A stretch of 64,000 bases of DNA from Syntrophaceae bacterium UBA6078 (GTDB lineage Bacteria > Desulfobacterota > Syntrophia > Syntrophales > UBA2210): positions 4,108 to 68,107 of the forward strand of contig DIXO01000009.1 in NCBI GenBank assembly GCA_002428735.1, read 5' to 3'. Positions 46,462-56,785 of this stretch are shown here, piece after piece (position 1 is the first letter of the stretch; every line of letters starts with the position of its first letter). The notes below the pieces were generated by a model, which was given only the letters and a program-made list of their open reading frames with translations, was not told the DNA's origin and searched no databases. The translations under genes were made by a program, and so were the position numbers.

Positions 46462-47834
46462 TGTACAGAAGGGTGAAGAACATACATTTTGTCGGAATCG
46501 GCGGGATCGGCATGAGCGGTATTGCCGAGGTTATCCTCAATCTCGGATATGCGATCAGCGGGTCCGATCTGGAACGCACCGACATCACAGCGAGACTCGA
46601 ATCGCTTGGGGCGCGGATATTTCACGGCCACCGATCGTCAAATCTCACCGATGCCGATGTGGTGGTAAAATCGACGGCCATCGGCGAAGACAATCCCGAG
46701 GTCATGGAGGCCCACCGGAGGAATATTCCTGTTATCCCGCGGGCCGAGATGCTGGCTGAACTCTTGAAGCTGAAATACTCCATCGCCGTATCGGGATGCC
46801 ACGGAAAGACGACAACCACCTCCATCATCTCCACCGTCCTCGCCCACGGCGGTCTTGATCCCACGATGGTGATCGGGGGGAGGCTGGACAGCATCGGGAG
46901 CAACGCGCGGCTGGGAGAAGGTGAGTTTATCGTCGCCGAGGCGGACGAGAGCGACGGTTCCTTCCTCAGTCTCAATCCGTACATTGCCGTTATTACCAAC
47001 ATCGATCGGGAACATCTGGACTATTATCCCGGCATCGGGGAGATCAAGGACGCCTTCCTCCGGTTTGCCAACTCGGTTCCTTTCTACGGAGCCGTTGTCC
47101 TGTGCAGCGACTGCGACAATGTGCGGGATATCCTTCCGCGGGTAAAAAGAAAGGCCATCACCTACGGCATATACAACGAAGCCGATTTCAGGGCCGCCGA
47201 CATCTCCTTCAAGGGGTTAACGTCCCGATTCTCCCTCTACCAGGGAGAAAAACCCCTGGGTGAGATCGAAATGCAGGTCCCGGGGCTGTTCAACGTCTAT
47301 AACACCATGGCTGCGGTAGCCGTCGGTATGGAGCTTGGAATGAATTTTCCAACCATCCGAGAAGGGGCGCAGGCTTACCGAGGCGTTCACCGCCGGCTCG
47401 AGATCAAGGGACAGGCAGGGGGGGTGACGGTTGTCGATGATTACGGCCATCATCCCACAGAGATCAAAGCGGTTCTGGGAGCCGCGCGGCGCGCGTGGGA
47501 AGGAAGATTGATCGTCGTCTTTCAGCCCCACCGATATACGCGTACCAGGGCGCTCTTCGACGATTTTCTCGATTCCTTCGATGACGCCACGGCGCTGATC
47601 CTGACGGACATATATGCGGCGAGCGAGAAGGAGATACAGGGGGTTCATTCCATCAATCTCAGGAAAGGGATTCAGGAACATGGCCATGGCGATGTCACCT
47701 ATCTGTCGAGCTTTGGCGAGATCGCGGACCACCTGTGCGCCATGATACAGCCGGGAGACGTGGTCCTGACGCTGGGGGCGGGGAATGTGTGGAGAATAGG
47801 CGAAGATCTTCTGGAAAGGCTGAAGAGTAGATGA
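46461..47834 (+). CDS. murC: UDP-N-acetylmuramate--L-alanine ligase
   Basis: Contains IHFVGIGGIGMSGIAE and VSGCHGKTTTT. The ATG overlaps the murG TGA by 1 nt. Confidence 0.93.
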   Translation: MYRRVKNIHFVGIGGIGMSGIAEVILNLGYAISGSDLERTDITARLESLGARIFHGHRSSNLTDADVVVKSTAIGEDNPEVMEAHRRNIPVIPRAEMLAELLKLKYSIAVSGCHGKTTTTSIISTVLAHGGLDPTMVIGGRLDSIGSNARLGEGEFIVAEADESDGSFLSLNPYIAVITNIDREHLDYYPGIGEIKDAFLRFANSVPFYGAVVLCSDCDNVRDILPRVKRKAITYGIYNEADFRAADISFKGLTSRFSLYQGEKPLGEIEMQVPGLFNVYNTMAAVAVGMELGMNFPTIREGAQAYRGVHRRLEIKGQAGGVTVVDDYGHHPTEIKAVLGAARRAWEGRLIVVFQPHRYTRTRALFDDFLDSFDDATALILTDIYAASEKEIQGVHSINLRKGIQEHGHGDVTYLSSFGEIADHLCAMIQPGDVVLTLGAGNVWRIGEDLLERLKSR

Positions 47835-48778
47835 TGGGAGCGGCCGGGATGATTGCTGGTTCACAGGTTACAGGAAGACTCGGCGCCATCGCCGTCCGGA
47901 ACGTGCTCTTCGATGAACCCATGTCCGCCCACACCTCCATGGGTGTCGGGGGAAGGGCTGACGCGCTGGCCTTTCCCGATACGGACGAGGAACTCTGTCA
48001 TCTGATCTCGTTTCTCCGGAGGGAGGGGATTCCCTTTCTGCCGGTGGGAAATGGGACGAACCTGATCGTGAGGGATGGCGGGTATCGGGGGGTGCTGGTT
48101 TCCCTGGAGAGGCTCCGGAAGCTCGAAATAGCAAGAGTCGAGGGGAGCGGAGATGCCCTTGTTCATGCCCAGGCGGGGGTCTCCTTCGCGGGGTTGGTCG
48201 ATCTTTCGCTCCGGGAATCACTCACGGGGATGGAATTCTGCGCGGGGATACCGGGAAGCGTGGGCGGTGGTGTCAGAATGAATGCCGGCGCGTGGGGACA
48301 AGAGGTGAAGGACATTATTTCGTCGGTGACGATTCTCGATGCCCTGGGCCGGATAGGGGATATGGTGAGGAAGGACCTCCTCTTCGAGTACCGGAATCTT
48401 GATCTCCCCGCGGGAGCGATCATTACCGGGGCAACCTTTCGCCTCGCAAAGGGAGACAGCGCCGCGATCCGCGAGCGAGTTTCCGAGATCATGGCGAAAC
48501 GCAAGACGCGGCATCCCCTTTCGTTCCGGAGCGCGGGCTCCGTATTCAAGAATCCTCCGGGGAACACAGCCGGGAAGATGATCGAGGAGGCCGGTCTTAA
48601 GAGGTTCAGGATCGGAGGGGCTGAAATCTCCGAGAAACACGCAAATTTTATCGTAAACAGGGGTGGTGCAACAGCGGCGGATGTCATAGCTCTGATTGAC
48701 ACGGTCCGGGAGCGGATCCTGGGCGCGAGAGGGGTCCTTCTCGAACCTGAGCTGAAAATCATCGGGGATGAGATATGA
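47831..48778 (+). CDS. murB: UDP-N-acetylenolpyruvoylglucosamine reductase
   Basis: It has an FAD-binding PCMH domain (GNGTNLIVRDGG), and contains GSVGGGVRMNAGA and SAGSVFKNP. Confidence 0.9.
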   Translation: MMGAAGMIAGSQVTGRLGAIAVRNVLFDEPMSAHTSMGVGGRADALAFPDTDEELCHLISFLRREGIPFLPVGNGTNLIVRDGGYRGVLVSLERLRKLEIARVEGSGDALVHAQAGVSFAGLVDLSLRESLTGMEFCAGIPGSVGGGVRMNAGAWGQEVKDIISSVTILDALGRIGDMVRKDLLFEYRNLDLPAGAIITGATFRLAKGDSAAIRERVSEIMAKRKTRHPLSFRSAGSVFKNPPGNTAGKMIEEAGLKRFRIGGAEISEKHANFIVNRGGATAADVIALIDTVRERILGARGVLLEPELKIIGDEI

Positions 48779-49617
48779 AAAAATCCCTCAAATCACCCAT
48801 CGCGCATGGGAGGAACAAGTCCAAGCGACAGGCGGTGACGGTCCGTCGTGAGATCTTCAGGACCCTCGGTATCGTGGGTCTTGCCGGTCTTCTGGCATTC
48901 GTTATGGTGTATGCGTACAACTACGCCCTGTGCGCCGATTATTTTCTGCTGAAGCACGCCATAGTGCGGGGCTCGAAGAGGGTCAGCGAGGAAGAGATAA
49001 AGACGCTTGCCGGGATATCGACCCCCCTTAATATCCTGACGGTGAGCCCGGAAAAGATGGCGCGGACGATCGAGAAAAACCCGTGGATCAGAAACGCTTC
49101 CGTGGGGCGGGAATTCCCCGACAGGCTTATTATCGAGATCACCGAGAGAAAGGCCGCGGCCATTCTGGAAAAGGGAAGCGATCTCTATCTGGTGGATCGG
49201 GACGGAGCGGTATTCAAGAAGTTCGAAGCGGGCGATGGGGTGGATGTGCCGGTGTTCACCGGCTTTTATCGGAACAACAACCTGCGGGGCGACCTGCTGA
49301 AAAAGGCCTTTTCCTTTCTGGATTACCTCTCTGGAAGCGATCACTTTCCGCGGATCTGGAACGTGTCGGAGATTTATGTGGATGATGTCCATGATTTTTC
49401 TGTCGTGACGGATAATCATCTCTTCCTGGATCTCGGCTTTGAAGATTATGAACGGAAGCTGAAACGTCTGCGGAGGGTAATGGCGGATCTGGCGCGAAGC
49501 GGTTTCGAAGGACGATCCCTGAGTATCGATCTTCAGGACCCCAGCAGGGTGGTCGTTCAGCAGGGAGGCTCGCCCGCGCCCAAACAGGCGGTGGCAAAGC
49601 GGAAGACAAAAATATGA
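48775..49617 (+). CDS. ftsQ: cell division protein FtsQ
   Basis: It has a TM anchor, a POTRA region (I.V.G...VSEEEI) and the FtsQ beta domain. Positioned before ftsA. Confidence 0.85.
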   Translation: MKKSLKSPIAHGRNKSKRQAVTVRREIFRTLGIVGLAGLLAFVMVYAYNYALCADYFLLKHAIVRGSKRVSEEEIKTLAGISTPLNILTVSPEKMARTIEKNPWIRNASVGREFPDRLIIEITERKAAAILEKGSDLYLVDRDGAVFKKFEAGDGVDVPVFTGFYRNNNLRGDLLKKAFSFLDYLSGSDHFPRIWNVSEIYVDDVHDFSVVTDNHLFLDLGFEDYERKLKRLRRVMADLARSGFEGRSLSIDLQDPSRVVVQQGGSPAPKQAVAKRKTKI

Positions 49618-49676
49618 CGGTTTGTGACAACAGGGCGTCCGTTTCGCGCATCCGCGGCGGCAGGAAGGATGGGTAG

Positions 49677-50903
49677 ATGGCTAAGAGAGATAACATCGTC
49701 GTAGGTCTGGACGTGGGGACGACGAAAACATGTGTCATCGTTGGGGAGGTTACGAATGCCGGGATCGATATCATCGGAATCGGCACGCACCCTTCAAGCG
49801 GTCTGCAGAAGGGGGTCGTGGTCAATATCGACAGCACAATGGATTCGATCAAGAAAGCGGTGGAAGAAGCGGAACTGATGTCGGAATGCGAGATACGGTC
49901 CGTCTTCACCGGTATAGCGGGAAGTCACATCAAGGGTATGAACAGCCACGGCATCGTGGCCGTCAAAGGCGGGGAAGTCGGCGAATATGACGTCAAGAAG
50001 GCGCTGGAGGCGGCCCAGGCGATCGCCATCCCCCTGGACAGAAAAGTGATTCACATCCTGCCCCAGTATTACATCGTCGATGACCAGGACGGAGTGAAGA
50101 ATCCCATCGGGATGTCGGGGGTCCGGCTTGAAGCGAAGGTGCATGTTATTACCGGGTCCGTCACATCCGTGCAGAATATCATCAAGTCCGTCAACCGCGT
50201 GGGGCTGGACGTGAATGACATTATTCTGGAGCCGCTGGCGTCCAGCGAGGCGATTCTCAGCCAGGACGAAAAGGATCTGGGGGTTGCCCTGATCGATATC
50301 GGCGGGGGGACCACCGACATCGCTGTCTTTGCCGAGGGGAGCATCCAGCATACCGCCGTTCTCCCTCTGGGAGGGAATTATGTGACCAACGATATATCCG
50401 TTGGGCTGCGTACGCCCCTGCTGGAGGCTGAAAAGATAAAGATCAAATACGGCTGCGCCTATACCCCCTTGATCCCTCAGAATGAAATCATCGAGGTGTC
50501 CAGCGTGGGGGGGAGGAAGCCGCGCAATGTTTCGCGGCAGGTGCTGGGTGAGATCATCGCACCGCGCATAGAGGAGATACTCGGTCTCGCCCACCGGGAG
50601 ATCGTCAGATCCGGGTATGATGACCTTCTTGCTGCGGGGGTTGTCCTGACCGGGGGGACGGCGATGCTCCAAGGGATAACGGAACTGGCCGAGCAGGTGT
50701 TCAACGTCCCCGTCAGGAAGGGCTCTCCGGTGGGTGTCGGGGGTATTACGGATATCATCAACACCCCCATGTATACGACGGGGGTGGGGCTGGTGATATA
50801 CGGCAGCAGGGATCGGGCTGATTACGCGATGAAGAGGGGTGAGAAGGGGGTTGTGAGGAAACTCACGAAAACCTTTGAAAGATGGTTTAACGATTTTTTC
50901 TGA
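49677..50903 (+). CDS. ftsA: cell division protein FtsA
   Basis: Contains VGLDVGTTKTCVIVGE and DIGGGTTDIAVF, in an actin-like ATPase fold. Confidence 0.93.
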   Translation: MAKRDNIVVGLDVGTTKTCVIVGEVTNAGIDIIGIGTHPSSGLQKGVVVNIDSTMDSIKKAVEEAELMSECEIRSVFTGIAGSHIKGMNSHGIVAVKGGEVGEYDVKKALEAAQAIAIPLDRKVIHILPQYYIVDDQDGVKNPIGMSGVRLEAKVHVITGSVTSVQNIIKSVNRVGLDVNDIILEPLASSEAILSQDEKDLGVALIDIGGGTTDIAVFAEGSIQHTAVLPLGGNYVTNDISVGLRTPLLEAEKIKIKYGCAYTPLIPQNEIIEVSSVGGRKPRNVSRQVLGEIIAPRIEEILGLAHREIVRSGYDDLLAAGVVLTGGTAMLQGITELAEQVFNVPVRKGSPVGVGGITDIINTPMYTTGVGLVIYGSRDRADYAMKRGEKGVVRKLTKTFERWFNDFF

Positions 50904-50921
50904 GAAGAGGAGGACCTGGAT

Positions 50922-52088
50922 ATGTTTGAACTGGTACAGGGCGGCGCTAAAACGAATGCCGCCAAGATCAAAGTGATCGGCGTTGGAGGCGGCGGAGGAA
51001 ACGCCGTCAACATGATGATAACCTACAACCTCACCGGCGTGGATTTTATCGTGGCCAACACTGATTCCCAGGCCATGGTGGCGTCAAAGGCCCCTATCAA
51101 GGTGCAACTGGGGGCCGACATCACCAAGGGTCTCGGCGCCGGATCGGATCCCGAGGTGGGAAGGAGGGCTGCAATTGAATCCCGGGACCGGCTGCGGGAT
51201 GTCCTCGACGGAGCGGATATGGTATTTGTGACAGCCGGTCTGGGGGGGGGAACCGGGACGGGGGGCGCGCCGATTGTGGCCGAGATCGCGCGGGATCTGG
51301 GGGCTCTCACCGTCGCCGTCGTTACGAAACCGTTCCAGTTCGAAGGGAAGAAACGATGGCGGCAGGCGGAGGAAGGTTTGGCGGAATTGAAAGAGGTGGT
51401 CGATACCCTCATTGTGGTCCCGAATCAGAGACTTCTGAGCATCAGCGGCAGGAATATGTCTCTTCCCGATGCCTTCAAGAAGGCCGACGATATTCTTTAC
51501 AACGGGGTGAAGGGGATCTCCGATCTGATCATGGTTCCCGGCCTGATTAATCTCGATTTTGCCGATGTGCGGAAGGTCATGTCCGAGATGGGGCTGGCAC
51601 TCATGGGGACCGGTGTGGCCGGCGGCGATAACCGGGCGATTGAGGCAGCGCAGAAGGCGATCTCTTCGCCGCTCCTGGAAGACAACTCCATCCAGGGGGC
51701 GCGCGGTGTCCTCCTCAACATAACGGGTGGACCGGAGATGACCCTTTTCGAGGTCAACGAGGCGTCCTCTCTTGTCCAGGCTGAGGCCCATGAGGACGCG
51801 AATATCATATTCGGGACGGTTCTCGATGAGACGATGGGAGAGGAGATACGCATTACCGTCATCGCCACGGGATTTGATCCGCAGGTGAGAGGATATGAGA
51901 AGGCTCCCGAGTATGCCGGTGTCCCCAATGCAGCGCGGAAAAGAGAAAATCTGGAAAAGCCGACGTTTATCAGAAACAGGAACGAGAGGACCGGAGAAAA
52001 ACCGGTCGTGATCAGGATGGGGATGATCAGTGACGATGAAGATCTTGATTATGAGACGCCCGCATTCCTGAGAAAACAGGCCGATTAA
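50922..52088 (+). CDS. ftsZ: cell division GTPase FtsZ
   Basis: Contains [15 protein letters not shown], the tubulin signature [20 protein letters not shown], and the C-terminal peptide [15 protein letters not shown]. Confidence 0.97.
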   Translation: MFELVQGGAKTNAAKIKVIGVGGGGGNAVNMMITYNLTGVDFIVANTDSQAMVASKAPIKVQLGADITKGLGAGSDPEVGRRAAIESRDRLRDVLDGADMVFVTAGLGGGTGTGGAPIVAEIARDLGALTVAVVTKPFQFEGKKRWRQAEEGLAELKEVVDTLIVVPNQRLLSISGRNMSLPDAFKKADDILYNGVKGISDLIMVPGLINLDFADVRKVMSEMGLALMGTGVAGGDNRAIEAAQKAISSPLLEDNSIQGARGVLLNITGGPEMTLFEVNEASSLVQAEAHEDANIIFGTVLDETMGEEIRITVIATGFDPQVRGYEKAPEYAGVPNAARKRENLEKPTFIRNRNERTGEKPVVIRMGMISDDEDLDYETPAFLRKQAD

Positions 52089-52342
52089 CCGGGAACGGGG
52101 TATTGGCACCGGCGCGATACCCCCCCGCTGATTTCTTCACAAAACGGATCTGACCGGTCCGTGATGTGCGCTGGCATGGTGTGCCGGGTCAGGGCAATGA
52201 AAGGGGAGCCCTCGAGAACGGTTGACGCTGAAATACCCCGGCAGTCAGCGCAGTCAAGAAGCTTTTTTCCTCCCCGTGGAGCAACACGTGCCGGCCTTTT
52301 TGCAATCTTGCAAAGAAATTCACCGAAAATTTCGGCACCCTG

Positions 52343-52642
52343 TCATGTGTTTTTCTTGAAAAAACGGAGACACCAGTGCCACGCCCGTGCCAGCAGGAGA
52401 CGGGAATAACAAAGCCCCTGTGGTCCCGCCAGCACAAACCCCAGCCCCATCATGACCCAGGTCAGGGCGTAAAGGACAAAGCTGAGGCAGGTGAAGAACA
52501 AGCTTTCCTTCGCCAGGGCAACGGCATTGCATATCAGCAGAGCCGCCCAGCCCAGGGGCTGATTGACTGTCAGGAGCACTATGCCTATGTAAAATCTGAG
52601 GCTGAGCTTGCTGGTTTTCGTCTCGCTTGTCGTATCCGGCAC
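52343..52642 (-). CDS. small hypothetical membrane protein
   Basis: It contains two to three hydrophobic helices (IGIVLLTVNQPLGWAALLICNAV...). I prefer the GTG start at 52642, which lies 12 nt after AGGAG and avoids a 119-nt overlap with the upstream gene. Confidence 0.4.
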   Translation of the reverse strand: MPDTTSETKTSKLSLRFYIGIVLLTVNQPLGWAALLICNAVALAKESLFFTCLSFVLYALTWVMMGLGFVLAGPQGLCYSRLLLARAWHWCLRFFKKNT

Positions 52643-52652
52643 GGATGTGTGG

Positions 52653-53903
52653 CTACTCCTGAGAGTTTTTTCTCTGAACGGTGAAGGTTTCTCCCTCTTT
52701 CGGGGCGATACAGACGGTGGAGGATCCCCGTTCCTCCAGCACGGCACGCGCGATTTCAAGTTTAGCGTCAATGTCGTCGTCCGTCTGGTCGAGGTCGTGG
52801 TGGAAGAGAAACAGCTTTTTGACGCCGGCCCGGTCGGCCAACTCCGTCGCCCGGCTTACCGATGAATGTCCCCATCCCATTTTCCCCTCGTATTCCTCGT
52901 CCAGATAGGCGGCGTCGGTTATCAGAACATCCGCGTCGGCGATAAAGGCTTCCAGTTTTCTGACGTAGTCCTCGTCGTACAGGCTGTTGGACGGGGGGTA
53001 CAGCTCATGATCGGTCATATAACAGAACGAAGTCTCTCCCCAGTCCAGACGGTACCCCAGACACCGGCCGGGGTGGTTCAGGAAGATGGACTGCACCGCC
53101 GCCCCGTTGAGATCAAACTGTTCTTCCCCCAGGTCGAGAAAAGACACCTTCGCGTTGAACTCCTTAATGTTGATGGGGAAATATACTCCGTTCATCTGCC
53201 CGGCGATCAGTTCGCGCAGGGACATGCTCCCATTCGGCGGACCGAAGATATCGAGCGAATTTCCCCTGGTATAGAGAGGCCCGAAAAAGGGGAGGCCGTG
53301 TATGTGATCCCAGTGAGGGTGGGAAATGAGTATGGCGGCGTGTGTGACCGGGCGGTTTTCAGACGCGAGAAAATTGGAAAGCTCCTTTATCCCGGTCCCG
53401 GCGTCAAAGACAAAGAGGCTATCCCCCGGAAGACGGAGGCTGACGCAGGGGGTGTTTCCCCCGTACCGCGCCGTCTTTCGCCCCGGCACCGGCAGAGTCC
53501 CGTGTACTCCCCAGAAGGTAAATCTGATCAGTCCCTCTATGATTTCGGTGAGATACCGGATCAGCGTGTCACCCTGTACGGATCTGGCTATCGATCCGTC
53601 GGCCCCTGCCGCGCGGGCCTTCTGAAGAGTCTGATCGGAAGGGTGGGCGAAGACGGTGACTATCTTCGTGCCGTTCAACTCACTGACGTTCCGCAGGCGC
53701 CTGAGGAATTCGAGCCCCTTCGCGTCGGAGTCCGTCACGCCCAGGATGATGCAATCGGGTCTTCGTTCCACGATTTCGTGGAGGGCCTCAGCCCGTGCAG
53801 CGCCGGAACAGATCGCCTGCCCGTGCCCTGTCAGGATACGGGTAAGCGTTTGGATAAAGAGGGGGTCGTCGTCAACAATAAAAAATGTGTATTTCTTATT
53901 CAT
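52653..53903 (-). CDS. receiver-like (REC) domain fused to an MBL-fold metallo-hydrolase
   Basis: The N-terminus FFIVDDDP...DCIILGVTDSDAKGLEFLRRLR has a CheY-like fold. The C-terminal half contains ILISHPHWDHIHGLPFF and other MBL motifs. Confidence 0.75.
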   Translation of the reverse strand: MNKKYTFFIVDDDPLFIQTLTRILTGHGQAICSGAARAEALHEIVERRPDCIILGVTDSDAKGLEFLRRLRNVSELNGTKIVTVFAHPSDQTLQKARAAGADGSIARSVQGDTLIRYLTEIIEGLIRFTFWGVHGTLPVPGRKTARYGGNTPCVSLRLPGDSLFVFDAGTGIKELSNFLASENRPVTHAAILISHPHWDHIHGLPFFGPLYTRGNSLDIFGPPNGSMSLRELIAGQMNGVYFPINIKEFNAKVSFLDLGEEQFDLNGAAVQSIFLNHPGRCLGYRLDWGETSFCYMTDHELYPPSNSLYDEDYVRKLEAFIADADVLITDAAYLDEEYEGKMGWGHSSVSRATELADRAGVKKLFLFHHDLDQTDDDIDAKLEIARAVLEERGSSTVCIAPKEGETFTVQRKNSQE

Positions 53904-54033
53904 GGCGCGTTTTAAGAGGCAGCCTGTACGGGTGTATTATCGATTTATGAATCAAGTCCCTGTCTTTCTCTCATGATTTCCGGCCGTTGTCAAAACGTTT
54001 CCACAGAATTCGAAAAAAATAATGCATCTGATT

Positions 54034-54816
54034 CTATTCTGACTGCCCCGTATAACGGAATGACCGGAGGTTCGATCCCAGTTCCAGGGTATCGTTCAGA
54101 CGGACCAGGGCTTGCGAGAGGCGCGCCTGGTCGGCATGCCGGTAGAGCATCTCTCCCGGTTTCCCTTTGATGGTATGAGCGACGGCCAGTATCGTATCCA
54201 GTGTTTCCAGTTCGCCCAGCAGACTGGCTGCCGTTTTTATCCCCACATGGGGAACGCCGGGGATGTTGTTCGTCGGGTATCCAGCCAGGGCGAACAGATC
54301 CGCCACCTGATCGGGTCGAACGCCCAGCTTTTCGCGGATATATACCCGATCCAGATTCAACCTCTGATAGTGATCGCGCACCACGATCAGATCGGAAACA
54401 AGCTGCAGGAGCAGCCTGTCGGTAGAGAGGATCACGGCCGAACCGCCGCGCTGTGCCACCTTTCGTGCCAGCGTGGCGATGATATCGTCAGCCTCCAGCG
54501 CGGGGAGATGGATGGAAGAAACACCAATCCGGGAAAAGGCCTCCTTGAATCGGTCCATCCCGGCATGCAGGGCCTCAGGCATGGGCGAGCGGCCCTCCTT
54601 GTACGCCGGGTATCGATCGTGGCGCCAGCTCCGTTCGTGCCCGTCGAAAACGCAGACCGCGTGGGTGGGCACGCACTCGCGCAGGGCGCGCCGAAGGGAA
54701 TCCGTACTCGTTTTCAGGGAGTCGTCAACGCGGGCCGTTCCGTCGTCTCCCGGCTGGGCGGCGTATACCCGGCGGATGAGGTTGAGGGCATCTATGAGCA
54801 GGAACCGTATATTCAT
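54034..54816 (-). CDS. xni: flap endonuclease Xni (ExoIX-type 5'-3' exonuclease)
   Basis: It is collinear with my recollection of E. coli Xni: LLIDALNLIRR, PTHAVCVFDG, WRHDRYPAYKEGR.PMPE, LEADDIIATLA, ILSTD and IPGVPHVGIKTAASLL. Confidence 0.85.
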   Translation of the reverse strand: MNIRFLLIDALNLIRRVYAAQPGDDGTARVDDSLKTSTDSLRRALRECVPTHAVCVFDGHERSWRHDRYPAYKEGRSPMPEALHAGMDRFKEAFSRIGVSSIHLPALEADDIIATLARKVAQRGGSAVILSTDRLLLQLVSDLIVVRDHYQRLNLDRVYIREKLGVRPDQVADLFALAGYPTNNIPGVPHVGIKTAASLLGELETLDTILAVAHTIKGKPGEMLYRHADQARLSQALVRLNDTLELGSNLRSFRYTGQSE

Positions 54817-54833
54817 CTTCCCCAGTCAAGCCG

Positions 54834-56060
54834 TCAATCGGCGTTCACGCTCTCGGCAAAGTGCCGGTAACGCAGCGCTTCCCGGTCGTTCCCCTCGGCG
54901 GCGTAGATCTGTTCCACCATTCTGAAGTGGTGTTTCCGCTCCGCCGGATCTTCCTCGATGAGCGAGAGGTACATCTCCAGTATCTGAGTCGAACGATCCC
55001 CCCGTTCCAGGGAGATGTCCGCGTATTTTCGTTTCACGAAAGGGTTGATCCGCGCGTTGCAGGCGCGGCACTGCCGCATGATCTCGCCGTACAGATCGAG
55101 GGCTTCTTCTGTTTTGCCGAGCGCTTCGCACGTCAATGCCAGGGAAACGACCGTCTGCTCATCTCGGCCGTGGATGTGGAGCATCTCCCGGTAGAGAGAG
55201 TCCGCCTCTTCATGTCTGCCCGATCGGTTCAGGGCTTCTCCTTTGAGACGCAGAATGGGAAGGCTGTGCGCTATCGTATCCGGGCACGAAAGGAGCCGCT
55301 CCCACGCTTTGTCGAACCGCTCTTCCGCCCACAGGACCTCGCACAGGGTATAATACCCGTGGACGGAGTCGGGATGATCCCGGATGAAATCTTCCGCCAG
55401 TGTGATGGCTTCTTCGTACCGTTCAAGGTTCAGGTACGCCGTGGCCAATTCGAGGGGAATCATGGTGTCCGCGGGATTTTCCTCCAGTGCCTGCTCCAGC
55501 AGTCCCGCCGCGCGGCCGTAATCTCCCCGGTTCAGAGCTACATACCCTTCCATGAAAGCTTCTCCGTAGCCGTGATACGCCTCCTGCCTCTCATCATCCA
55601 GGGCGCCGCAGAGGGCGGTGAAGTGTTCGGTATGGTCTATCTGCCATTCCTCGTTTCCTCTGTCATCATCTTCGGGAAAGGGGAGTGAAGAGGGCGTTTC
55701 CTCGCCGGGAGGGGCGCTCTGTGCTTTCTCCAGCACCTGTCGTATGCCGCTCGCGAGTTCTGCGTCCTGCGTCAGCTCCAGCGCCAGGCGCAGCAGATCC
55801 GACGCGCCTTCGGAATCTCCCGATTCGGTGAGGCGCTCCGCGTTCTCCCGGTGCTGACGGGCCAGGGCTTCCCGGCTTTTTCCCATCTTTTCCCGAAGCC
55901 GCTCTTCGAGCACTGCATTTCCCGGCCCCTTCCGTGTCTTGTCCAGGGCGGTTTCATACTCCAGCTTGGCCGCTCCGTATTCCCCGAGTTCGAAAAAACG
56001 GTCTCCTTTGCGTTCGTATTCTTCGGGACCTTTTCCCGAAAACAGCTTCAAAAATCCCAT
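54834..56060 (-). CDS. tetratricopeptide-repeat protein
   Basis: 408 aa with repeated 34-residue A/Y/L-patterned helices (for example YGRAAGLLEQALEENP and YEEAITLAEDFIRDHP). Confidence 0.75.
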   Translation of the reverse strand: MGFLKLFSGKGPEEYERKGDRFFELGEYGAAKLEYETALDKTRKGPGNAVLEERLREKMGKSREALARQHRENAERLTESGDSEGASDLLRLALELTQDAELASGIRQVLEKAQSAPPGEETPSSLPFPEDDDRGNEEWQIDHTEHFTALCGALDDERQEAYHGYGEAFMEGYVALNRGDYGRAAGLLEQALEENPADTMIPLELATAYLNLERYEEAITLAEDFIRDHPDSVHGYYTLCEVLWAEERFDKAWERLLSCPDTIAHSLPILRLKGEALNRSGRHEEADSLYREMLHIHGRDEQTVVSLALTCEALGKTEEALDLYGEIMRQCRACNARINPFVKRKYADISLERGDRSTQILEMYLSLIEEDPAERKHHFRMVEQIYAAEGNDREALRYRHFAESVNAD

Positions 56061-56095
56061 CCGATCTTTCCCTTCTATGCTCTCTCTGGTCTGCT

Positions 56096-56737
56096 CTACA
56101 GGTTGATCACCGCGCCCACGCCCCCTTCTGTCCAGGTTTCAGGACAGTGCGATGCGATTTCTCCTTTGAATTCGGTGCAGTGGGTGGCGCAGATAACGCC
56201 CAGCTGCTCCATCAACGCGAATTCGGTGGAGCCGTGCAGTCCTCCGATAAGGGCGTACACCGTTCCATGAGCGGAGGCGGCCGTGAGAATCGCTCCGATC
56301 CCCGGGTGGGAACACCCCGCGATAACGGCAGGCCCTCGCTCCGTGGCCACCACAAGGGCCTGTTCAACCCCCCGGAGTTCTCCCGTGGAGAAGATTCCCT
56401 CGGTGATTTTCAGAGGCCCTTGCACCACGATCACCTCCCGGGCCACGTCGGAAGGGATGTTGCACGACGACGGGATGTACAGCGTGACATTCTTGTTTTC
56501 CTTGAGAAACACCGCCAGCCCGCCCGTATGATCCCAGTGGGCGTGGGATATGACGACCCTGTCGATGGAGTGCGGATCGATTCCGAGGGCTTTCATGTTT
56601 TCCAGGAGAATGTCGCCGTTCGCCCCGGTATCGAAGAGAATCCGCTCTCCGTGCGCCTCCACGAGACTGGCAAATCCCCAGTCGGCGATCAGGTCGTCAC
56701 GGGTTGACTCATTATCGTAAATAATCGTAATCTTCAT
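56096..56737 (-). CDS. MBL-fold metallo-hydrolase
   Basis: Contains FDTGANGD and VVISHAHWDHTGGL, with 213 aa arranged as a beta-lactamase fold. Confidence 0.75.
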   Translation of the reverse strand: MKITIIYDNESTRDDLIADWGFASLVEAHGERILFDTGANGDILLENMKALGIDPHSIDRVVISHAHWDHTGGLAVFLKENKNVTLYIPSSCNIPSDVAREVIVVQGPLKITEGIFSTGELRGVEQALVVATERGPAVIAGCSHPGIGAILTAASAHGTVYALIGGLHGSTEFALMEQLGVICATHCTEFKGEIASHCPETWTEGGVGAVINL

Positions 56738-56785
56738 TTCTGTTCTCCATGCGTGGGTTTCCGGGTCCGGTCGTTCGGAGAAAGG

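Noticed and set aside
47831-49617. Absence of ddl between murB and ftsQ, considered as a possible deletion or rearrangement scar.
   Set aside because: murB and ftsQ overlap by 4 nt with no remnant sequence. A ddl gene located elsewhere is a common natural variant of dcw clusters.
52290-52340. Two short palindromes (TTTGCAA-TC-TTGCAAA and GAAATT...AATTTC) downstream of ftsZ, considered as operator sites.
   Set aside because: They lie in a convergent 3'-3' intergenic region, so they are more likely weak terminator or stability elements. I could not build any further case for them.
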